A DNA stretch of 32,315 bases from Asterionella formosa (taxonomy: Eukaryota): the NCBI GenBank assembly GCA_002256025.1, contig NKIB01000477.1:1-32315 (forward strand), read 5' to 3'. Below, one piece after another: positions 22,338 through 32,315 of the stretch (the stretch's first letter is position 1; every line of letters starts with the position of its first letter). Made by a program: the position numbers and the translations under genes. Below the pieces are notes generated by a model that did not search any database, was not told the origin of the DNA, and worked only from the letters and a program-made list of their open reading frames with translations.

Positions 22338-22963
22338 CTACATTGTCCTGGACCCCCCCTATTTGTTGCTGGACCCTCCTGCACATTTTTCGCGAGGTGG
22401 AACCAACACCCAATAATTTTCTTGTCATAGACAATGTAACGTGCTATAATTCTTTCGGTCCTCGTAGGCACTAGTTTATAATTATTTAGCTCTCATGTTG
22501 GGATTCATTTGTATATACAAAACACAAGAGAAGACAGCTAGTGGCTGTGAGCACCGGGAGAATCCTTAATGATGGTTGTTGCAACCTTGACCATGACGAA
22601 AATACGAATTATCTCCACGAAAATTGAGAACGACGCTTTGCTACTTTCAACCTGTACTAAGAATGACATGAAAAATACAATTGTAAAAGAAGTAAAGTAA
22701 TAACACTAATAATGACAACGAAAATTGAGATCGCCGATAACAACATGAAGACGTGTTTTTCTTGAGACGTGAAGAACTCTCTCATTTTTCACAACACGGA
22801 AATAATTGTCATTTTAATATATCTAAGAAAAATGTGCGCTATCCTGTAGAACTAATGAAATTTACTTAGGTCCAGTATTAAGGAAATCTCTTCATTGGCC
22901 TGGACCCCTCTTAAGTCAAATTCAGTCACGGCAGTGTACATTGGGGGGTCCAGGACAATGAAG
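22338..22963. mobile_element. MITE / non-autonomous Tc1-mariner-type element (626 bp) with TA target-site duplication
   Basis: Left end TA|CTACATTGTCCTGGACCCCCC and right end GGGGGGTCCAGGACAATGAAG|TA form a 21-bp TIR with 1 mismatch (18-bp perfect core 22341-22358 / 22943-22960). The interior is AT-rich and non-coding. Confidence 0.88.
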
Positions 22964-24660
22964 TATACGGGTATACATGCTGATAATACTCCGAGTGTAC
23001 AGTTTACGATAGTCTAGGGCCTCCGATCATTTTCTCCAAACACAATACTACCGCGGACGTTTTGTGCGTCCAGTGTAGAATTTTGGTGCCTAGGGTGAGC
23101 GTTAGAAAATCGATAAACATCAAGTACAAACAAACAATCTACCGGTAGATGAATTGTGATATGATTCAAGGCTACCGGTAGGAACAGTGGGAATCGAATT
23201 GAGTCAGGGACTCAATTCGGTCAAACACGATAACAGACACACAATCAATAAAAAGGGAGGAACTGTTCCTAGTTCATTGTCTGAAACTATGAAACAAGCT
23301 ACCGATAGTAAAGTATAAAACAATCAACAATCCTGAAGTTGGATAATTAAAAAATATCAGATCTACCATACTGTAGTCTAATATGCTACGGTCATGATAT
23401 CATGATATCATGCAATTGTGGTCTTACTGATGAATTATGATGGTACCCCTGGTACCCTGGTACAGTTGTTAACAAAAATTCATCGCTGGTGCTGGCAGCC
23501 TAAACAAGACGAAAAAGGTGGATGAATGTCCCCACAGATTTAAAATGACGGGTTTGTGTTTGTCTTTGTACATGGTAACTCTTCTGCCTCATCGATTCAA
23601 CTATTCGACCTACTCCAGCTAGAAGAGACTTAAGACTAAAGACAGACTAATGCTTACCTTATATTCTGGCTTGTAATCGTCGAGTTGATTGGTCCATCAC
23701 TCATTGTTCACGAAACAGGTCTAACAGAGGCAATGACAGCATTAAGTTGCATAAATAGTTTCTTGTGAACAGATTTCAGATAGTTAATCCAAGTATCAAA
23801 ATATTATACAATTGATTACATAGCGCTTCTATCAGCTTTGATGTGCACTGAACAACTGGTTTATTAAAGAAAATGCGACTCGACCTAATTGTATTCTATT
23901 TAGAGAGGAGTACTGCCAAAGTTTCCATTATCGTACTTACGATTCCGTCCAGTTGATAGCCCATTTTGATATACGGTTGTACTCCTTGATATAGGGGTGT
24001 GGAGTAGCTCGCATGTGCACCTCGCCGCCAACACGGTGGAATCATTCCTTGGTGTCGGTTTCGAGGATGTGCAATCAGAGATATACACAATAAATCTGAT
24101 TCATGGAGTCCTGTGGATCACTCCGAACCGATCCGATCGTGATTTGCGATAAATGCTTCGATATTCCTGGACCTGACAAAAGGCAATCGACGCATAATAT
24201 CATCTGCACGTCCACTTCTATCGTCGTCAGTTCCGCAAAGCAACAGCATAGATTCACTGCGGAGAACGCTGCATCTGTATCTGTGTTTGCATCAAGCTAT
24301 TTCGTTGCTCGTTCACTAGAGTATTCCCTCTCTCGCTGGTGTGGTTTAGCTATTTTGAAACGGAACTGTCAGTACCCGGTAATTGTTTTCAGCATTAGTT
24401 TCTTCCCACCCTGCCGGTTTAACGATATCATTAACTGCCATTCTTCTGAAACTTATTCATACCGTTTATTGAGATATAACCGGTACGCGTGAAAGCCGAA
24501 AACAACCAGCAGCAGCGCTCCCTTTCGTTACCAGGTACAAGGGTACGTGGTACCCTGGTACAACCAGTATTGCAGCGACGGCCAAGCTAATAATTTCGCA
24601 TCTAGGGCAATTCTGGACGAGCATTGCTGATTTTCATGATACAGCCGTAAAAACACTACT

Positions 24661-27600
24661 ATGTCCACGCATCGCACCGACCAAAATTTGTTAAACCGCC
24701 AGCAAAGACTGCCAAAACCTATTGGCGTTGGTGTTCCTGTTGACCACGACGACCCTGCTGTTGTTGTTTCTTCCCCCGGAGAGAAGGATTCGTCGTTGCA
24801 GCGTGCGCTGTTGAAACAAGAGGCGGAAGAAACAAACGGCGACTCGGATTTGCAGCTGTTGCCGTCGATCTTTTCCCGCTCGTTATTGAGGATTCCGATT
24901 GAGTCTGATTTGTATTTCCACGACACGCACCAACTCCTTAACGCTGATTCGCCGCATCAGGCTACCCTTGATCGACCATCCCCACGTATTTCAAGCAGAG
25001 ACGACTTTGGAACCACTCGTGTCGAAACTGAAGCCCGCACATCTCGACAAGCACCTTCACCATTGCGGTCGACAAGTGCCCAGTCATATTCCAAGAACCG
25101 GAATCCCGAGGATTCTGGGGAGCTCGACAGGGAGAAGTCAGAACAACGAGAAGACTGTTTGCATCGCGATATAGATTTTGTGAAGGCTTTAAAGTTATCG
25201 CCCTTTCGAGTGAGGACTAGCCCCTCGCCGTCATTTGCAAAAGTACCTTCCCTCAAGGCATCTACCCCGTCCTTCGATTCTTTGACAGACGACTTGCCTT
25301 CACACTTTTCTTCGCTGAAATCACAAGTTCGAATTGTTACGACAGAAAAAGAAAGCGCATCTTCGGATCGTCGATCCTATTTACACTTCGACCTATATTT
25401 GAAACCACCGCGACCGACTAAACGTTCGGTGCAAACGATGGCATCAGTCATGACATCGAAGCAACCTCGAAAAAACCTATTTCGGCCCCGACTTTCGCTA
25501 TCTCGCCCAAGAGGTGGACGTGCAGACGAGAACGATGCCTCTGTCTCATCCAATGTTCAATCTGCTCGTTCCCGGGCCAATAGTGACAACAATGCTTCAT
25601 CTGCACGCGTAGCTAGGAGGACCAGTTCTGGGGAAGAGCCCTTTCACAACTCTACCGAAACTACTCGACCAGCAGTGAGACGAGCAGCAACAGATCTCTC
25701 TAAGGATGAGCAGCCCCGAAGAGGCGTCCTGCAACGCCTTCGTTCCGTGTCCCGATCTCGGGCTGTCTCCAGAAATGTTCAATCGGACAGCCCTGATGAC
25801 CAAAAGCCAATCCTTGTTGCTGTCACCTCTTGCAGGTCCGACGCATATTATAACCAGAAAGCTCCAGGTTCTACCACCAAATTGCCACGCAAGGCACCAT
25901 CCAATTTAAAACTGTTTCACGAATTGGCGACTGGTATCAAGGACGCATATGCTGCTGTCGGAAAGACTCCCACCAAACCAGATGATGACAATAGTGAAGA
26001 AGAGACAAACAGAAGTAAAGCGGAAAGGGACGGAAATAAAATTTTATGGGACTTTATTGGTCACCTTGATTTCGTGAGTATGCCTCATCATTATTTTCAA
26101 GCTGATGTGCTCCCATTTCAATTCATCTCACGGGTGCTCTTTGCCATTTTTAGCTTCTCAGTCTGGTGGATGAAGTTGCAGTCGACACCGCCACACGTGG
26201 AGCTTTGAAAGATGACACTACCTTTAAAGGCTTGCGCGATGTAATTAAGAAGTGCAACAAAGTCTTGGAGGGTATGTTGGTCAGGCGCGAGAGGAGATAC
26301 ACCCTTTTCTTTCGATTGATCCAGTGGTCGGAAGCAAAGGAGGTTGCCAAACTCAAGGCTTGGAATGTTAAAGTTGAAAAGGCCGTGGGACAAGTAGCAG
26401 ATTCGCCGAATGGAGATGTGGACGAGTCGGACACTGAAAGCGATTCGGGTAGTGTGCAATCTATGACCACTGATAATTCAAGTCAGAGTGGTCGAAGCGG
26501 CCGTGGCAATATGTTTTCACGTGGTCGGCAGTTGTTACCTGCTGCTGGAAAGGTTCGTGGTCGACGAGCCACCCCGACTCCAGCTCTTCGTAATCGTGCT
26601 GGTAAAATCGAGGGAAGCGATTCCCACGAAGCCGCCGACGATGGATTTGCAGCTGCAATGCCAGTAACTGCAACGAATTTAGCTGGACTGCAGAGATCCA
26701 TGTCCTATGATTCCACGACTGCAGGAGGAATGACTCAACATATGACTGTCACCCATACCACTCAACTGCAACTTGCTGCATCAAAGACAGTAGAGCCAAA
26801 GGATGAACTCATTGACGTTATTCGGGGGCTTCGTGCCGAGCAAAAGCAGAAACGAGAAGGAACTGCAGAAAGTGACCTGGCTACACTAAAGCCTAATTGG
26901 TTGCCGAAAGCAGAGATTCCTTCATCGGTTCCGAAGCTTCCTACCGAATATATTCATCGTCACCGTTTAATGAAGCAGGTTGTCAATTGCTTGCTCGAAC
27001 ATTCGGGAACTGGTCCTATTGATACGGATGACAACACCGCGGTATGTGCCTCATTATGTCGGCCTTTTTTCGTTGCTGATGTAATCCTACTAACCTTTTC
27101 CTTTGGCACATTGCAGACCAATACTAATATTACGTCGATTACGTCGCGACACGCAGATAAACCGGGCAATGGAAAGACAACTCTGGCTGTTGCAACTATT
27201 CAAACCGTCGAGGTTCGCGAACGTTTCTCAGATGGTATTGCGTGGATCCAACTTGGACGAACACCGTTAACGGAGAAGGAGATTCGGCGATTGTACGAGG
27301 AGCTCTTCCGACAGCTTGTCTCGAAAGACCGCGGCGACGACGACGACGACGACGATGAAGGACTGAGAAGCAAATCTTCCTCACCAGAAGGGAAAAGCGA
27401 TGATGGTAAGCCAATGTCAAGGAACTCGAGTATAACGAGCCTGGACAAGTTGGAAAAAGCTGTTCGAGAGAAACAAGAGCACGCGATTCGATTGGCAGAA
27501 AGCCGACAGCGTTTCCAAGGAGGCGAGCTTGAAGCAATAAAGGAAGATCTTGAGAGGATTATCACGAAACGCAAGATCTTGATTTGCCTTGACGATGTCT

Positions 27601-30224
27601 GGAGAGTAGACGACGCTAAGTGGTTCATTTTTGACACCCGGAACGCACCTGTGCCGGCGAGACAACCTGGTCAACCGCAAGTGGACCCAAATCCGTTTCG
27701 AATTCTCGTCACTACTCGAACGCCTTCGTTGTTTGGAAATGGAATTGTTCAAGAAGTCTTTGTCCGTATCTTTTCAGAGCATGAAGCAGTGAAGTTGTTA
27801 CTGTCGTCTGCTGGTCGTCGTCCATACGGAGGAAAAGCTTCCGCTGTCTTTAATCAAGCGCGAACCATCGTAAAGGGATGCGGGAATGCGCCGATGGCTG
27901 TACGCCTTGCAGGCGGTATGCTAAGAAGAAGCAACCGAAATTGGAATACGAACTGTCCGACGTGGAACATGCTTATTCAGCAATGCAGACTTAATCTTGA
28001 GGAAGCCTCTCGGTTGAGAAGTTTTGTGAATTCTGTGGTCCGTGTCGTGGATCTAAGTTTCGCTTCCATCACGAACATGGAGCTTCGCATTGCCCTTCGT
28101 CGCTGCTTTGTCACCTTCGCCCTTGCGTTCAAGGAAAATGACTGGGTCCATGTTGGACGTGGTATCCCCCAGCCTGTCTTACTCAAGATCTTTGACGCTG
28201 TAATTAATTCAGAGAGCAACAGCCAACGAGGGTCCTACTCTGCGGAGTCTATCCTCACTTCATTGGAAACCATGAACTTGATACAACGCGCTCGTCACGG
28301 TGTATCTTCTCACTATTATGATTACACAGCTGATGACGGAAAGTCCAATAGCGAGGATGATGACGATAAAATACCAGAGAAGTCCGCATTTATTCAAAAC
28401 CCCTCATTTGTTATGCATGCTTCGCTTCAAGCCATTGCCGAAGACGTGGCGACTCGCAATAATCTGGGCCTCCTTCCTGTAATTGATGATTTCACTTCGT
28501 TTGGTGGGGAGTTGTTGGAGGAAAAGAAATTCCACGTATCTCGAGCAGGTATTTGGACTGCACCTCTTCGTTTCCTTGCGAAGCAGCTATCTTCGGGGGG
28601 AGCCAGCTCAGGAATGGCAGACAATGGCGTCCATGAGTTAGTTGTTGTCTGTCTACTAGGAATAAAAGGTTCTTTTACAAGCTCGGCAGTTGTTGACTCG
28701 TTCCTCAAGAGTAAAATTTCGACATCAACAGCGAAGGGTGGAGACAAACTAAATCTATATATGTGCACTTTCCTTCCAACTCACCTCATTCGTGCTGAAG
28801 CATTTGCTGCTGCCGGTGAATTGATGACTAACCCACAATTTATTCGTCGACGAGTAGTGGCCCTGGGAATTACAGAGGCCACTCGCCGCCATATGTCAGA
28901 CCTCCTTGAGCTACGTCGCGACGTTGTGAAACCCCCCTCAATGGGTCCAAACAGTGGAAGAAATTCGGCTCCACAATCACCGATGAAACCAAATGGTTCG
29001 ATTTCTCAGAAACCTGTCACGCCTCCAAATGGATCTCTGTCCATTTTACCTTCTATAGAACAGATCGAATCGACAGATTCTGGCAACGATGTTCCTGTCG
29101 AGAACGTGGACACTTCCACTGTACTTCGCGAAGGTTCTCGCGCTATTGTTAACGAGGTTCATCATGTTGTTTCGATGGCTAGAGGATCAACAGAATCGCT
29201 CGGTATGGCAATCTGTCTGTCGACAGTTGGTGAAGGCTTGCTCAAGGGCAAGCAACCGCGAGATGCAATGCTACGCTTGGAAGAAGCTGTTATTATTTAT
29301 CGCGGTTTGCTTGGACAGAACCATATTGATGTTGCGAGGTCATTGCACTCTGTGGCCAGAGCCCTTGTGAAGCTGGGAGAAAATCGAGTCGCCCTGCACA
29401 AATTCAGTGAGGCCGCCCAAATCTACCAAGCATGTAACGCAACTATGCTATTCGATTCCATTGCCAACACTCAAAATCTTGCTGCCCTTTTGGTTGATCT
29501 GGGAGAGTGGGACAAGGCGAATGTTCGGTATGAAGATGTTATCACCAAGAAGAAGGCCATTTATGGCGAAGGAAGTGTTGCAGTTGCGAAGACGATCAAC
29601 AGTTATGCAATCTTATTGGCAAAACATTCTCGAATGAATGAGGCTCTGAAAAACTATATTGCAGCAAAGGAAACTTATGAAGCAGTTCCTCAGTCTTTGC
29701 TCAAGGATCCCGAATTTGACATCAAGTGCAAGTATGATATGACTCTTATCAACCTAAACATTGCATCAATTCGCTCCAAGAAAGGAGATATAAAGGGTGC
29801 GATTGAGTCTTACGAGGACGGTGTTCGTGGGTTGCAAGAATATGCCGCAGCTCATGAGAAGCTGCAGATTCATCCTGGGATGGACGAAGCTGGTAAAAAC
29901 CCGCATTTGAAGCACCTTGTTGCGGCCTTAGGCAGAATTGGTTCGCTTAAGCTCAAGATTGGGGACACCAAAGGTGCCCTCGACGCATATCAGACACTGT
30001 TGGATGAAGTTGGTGCTGATGGCCCGATCGCTTCGCGAATCGAAAAGGCAAAAGCGCACATAAAATGTGCCACTATCTACCGACAAGAAGAAGGACGAGA
30101 GTCTCATAGTAAGGCGATTACTCACCTTCGCGAAGCACTAGAAATGTATACAAATCTTTTTGGTCCGGACCATAAGGACACTTTGGCTATCGCATCATCG
30201 TTGCGACAATGGTTAGCTGAGTAA
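24661..30224 (+). CDS. NLR/APAF-1-like STAND NTPase: disordered N-term, helical bundle, NB-ARC, APAF-1-like helical domain, TPRs; exons 24661-26073, 26154-27041, 27117-30224 (~1802 aa)
   Basis: P-loop PGNGKTTLA, RNBS-A-like ERFSDGIAWIQLG, Walker B LICLDDVW, RNBS-B ILVTTR, GLPL-like CGNAPMAVRLAGG, MHD-like FVMHASLQ, HD2-like YMCTFLPTHL, and kinesin-light-chain-type TPRs (LGQNHIDVARSL, FGPDHKDTL). Introns 26074-26153 and 27042-27116 are canonical. Confidence 0.85.
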
Positions 30225-30542
30225 TTTGTTCCCGAACTACATGCAATGACAAAAGTGACCATGTTTTTCAACGGGGATAGTTCTATAATCTTTAATAATT
30301 GTGTCACATCGAAAAAGGAGAATAGACTCTTGTGTTTTAGTCATCGACATATCTCTTTGAAGTCAGCTGACTATCGCCTTCATTGATAAGACGCTCAAAC
30401 TTGGATGAGGAGTGACTAAAGCAACCGTCGAGCGTAAACTGCATTATCAAACTAAGTTACTCTTTACTATTTGCCAAAAACTCTCAAGGGTCCACCAACG
30501 TGTATGTTCAAAGGAATAATGAGCCAAGATGACACGGAAATA

Positions 30543-31358
30543 TCATCCTTTTGTCCATGGCAAGACATAGTGCCACATCAACCAATAATGGCAGAGAGCT
30601 CCAACAATTACAAATACATGCCACACTTCATGAAAGCCAATCTGTCCGGGAACAATGATTCCCAAGCACTCGGTAGAGTAAATGTAACCACCTACAGTAT
30701 AAAAGATCCCTCCTACAAGGAACCATGCAAATCCACCAATGCCAAGGACGGGTATTAGCCAGTAAGCCATACAAGCTCCCAACCAGCCCAAGGTGACATA
30801 AAGGGTCATGCTCAACCATTTTGGAATTTTGTGAAAAATGTTGACAGTCATAATCATTCCCATGATTGCCAAGGCCCAAACGACCATAGCAAACGACCAG
30901 CCAATCACGGAATCGTGGAAAAACACTAGACACAGAGGAGTAAAGGTCCCAGCAATTAGTGGATAAATGGCGAGGTAATCCAACATTCGCAGGAAGTTCT
31001 CCACCCTCTCAGTTGATGTAATCGAATGATGCAGTGTCGAGGCAACAAAAAGAAACAGTAATGACGCTCCATAGATACTGAAACTGACAATTTTCCACGG
31101 CTCCCGCTGAGCTGACGCCTTCCCAACCAACAGGACTGTTCCCAACAAGGAGAACATACTGGCTGCCAAATGGGTCGCTGCATTGATAACTTCGTCAGTA
31201 ACGTAAACGGATCCATCTCTCGATTTCTCCGGTAGGTGATCGAAGTCTGTGAATCTCCAGAGGGCCACTGGATGAGGTGTCTCGTCTGGAAGTGAGGGGT
31301 TTGCGTGATAGCTCCAGGCTGCCGCTTCTTCATCCCGGAACACCGACGCTTCTGTCAT
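30543..31358 (-). CDS. Haemolysin-III / PAQR family 7-TM membrane protein (271 aa)
   Basis: DEVINAATH, SIYGASL..STLHH, LDYLAIYPLIAGTFTP, LYVTLGW, GGIFYTVGG and GFHEVWHVFV motifs; intronless. Confidence 0.92.
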   Translation of the reverse strand: MTEASVFRDEEAAAWSYHANPSLPDETPHPVALWRFTDFDHLPEKSRDGSVYVTDEVINAATHLAASMFSLLGTVLLVGKASAQREPWKIVSFSIYGASLLFLFVASTLHHSITSTERVENFLRMLDYLAIYPLIAGTFTPLCLVFFHDSVIGWSFAMVVWALAIMGMIMTVNIFHKIPKWLSMTLYVTLGWLGACMAYWLIPVLGIGGFAWFLVGGIFYTVGGYIYSTECLGIIVPGQIGFHEVWHVFVIVGALCHYWLMWHYVLPWTKG

Positions 31359-31785
31359 GCTGGTCTCTCAAAGGAAGGCTGTCGTCCGTGTCTCTTAATC
31401 TGGATGACTGTGTTGGCTTGGCAAAGCAACCACCACTTGACACATGAACAAAGTTGACTACCTTATGGGAGCTGGCACCTGGTACCTGACTATGTTATGA
31501 ACGCAGAAGAGCTGCTGTAATTTGTCCCTATATATAAGATAGCAATGGTTTTTTGTTTGCATCTGCCGTGAGTGGTGGAACAATTTTTCATGTTGCGTTG
31601 CGATACTGGTATGTTGTTTGGCTGACTATCTGGTACCTGGTACCAGGTACCAGTTAAAAAAATGGCTTTGAGCCACGTCGTTAGCATATCGTTTTCCGAC
31701 TAATTCTTGAATTATGCTAAAATCGATCCCCCCCCTCTTTCGGCCATTGGCACGATATTACTGGTAGTTATTCCGAGTACCGGTA

Positions 31786-32315
31786 GTTCATTAAGCTTCA
31801 TGAGAATTCTTCTTTTTCTAACTTGAACAAATGTTAAGTGAGAAATATCCATTTAAAAAGTGAAGAAACCGATCAAAAATGGCTCAAAGCCATTGATTAA
31901 TTTTAAAATTTTGACCTATTTCATAATGTGCCAGTATTGACAATTTATTCTACCCCCAATACTACCATTTTTTGTCGTAGTGAAAGCTATGGCTGGAATC
32001 ATGCTCAGAGTACATATAGTAGCCACCGTAGCCCTAGTATGATAGATAATTAGCATAGGGAATATTTTACTGATAAATATATTCATGCATAAGTTTACGT
32101 AATGTTGACAAGCATATAACAACATCAGCGATCGCTTTATTCATCTACATTCATTACAAACTTGTAATCGAAGTCCAAGGCACATCGATGTGTCTTCATC
32201 TTCTTTATAAGGTTGTCGATTGACAGGGCCATGCTTGGAGCGCTGCTGTTGCAGTTCTGGTTCAAATAAGCCAGAATCAAGAGCATGGTAAGCCAACATA
32301 TACTGGTGAGCTCGT
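31786..32315 (-). mobile_element. C-terminal remnant of a DDE transposase (probably IS630/Tc1-related) plus AT-rich element end; runs off the window
   Basis: The minus strand reads RAHQYMLAY (from 32314) and, after a frameshift, MKTHRCALDFDYKF..* (stop 32137). This resembles the RARxYxxAY..KxHR tail of such transposases as I recall it. The left boundary is a guess from the composition shift after TA at 31784. Confidence 0.5.

Noticed and set aside
30543..31358. Haemolytic toxin gene
   Set aside because: The HlyIII name is historical. The family is widespread and mostly linked to membrane or lipid homeostasis, and the sequence gives no evidence of toxicity.

Overview
Eukaryotic nuclear DNA, most likely a diatom. 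The evidence is short GT-AG introns with CTAAC/CTCAC branch points, a bipartite signal-peptide + ASAFAP-type plastid presequence on HemE, a CoDi-like Copia relic and a diatom-style LRR C-terminus. Genes in order: mitochondrial carnitine/acylcarnitine-type carrier (+), secreted Cys-rich unknown protein (+), small acidic unknown protein (-), a decayed TE block (Ulp1-protease-bearing element plus Copia RT/RNase H), pyruvate dehydrogenase kinase paralog A (-), plastid uroporphyrinogen decarboxylase (-), LRR pseudogene (+), condensin I kleisin CAP-H (-), PDK paralog B (+), GWT1/PIG-W (-), a 626-bp TA-flanked MITE, a ~1800-aa NLR/APAF-1-like STAND protein (+), a haemolysin-III/PAQR membrane protein (-), and a transposase tail at the right edge. 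The most interesting item is the spliced NLR-like gene. It has a disordered N-terminus, a candidate MLKL/RPW8-like helical bundle split by an intron, an NB-ARC domain whose MHD motif reads MHA, an APAF-1-like helical domain and TPRs. All calls come from motif recognition and manual splicing; no database searches were run.
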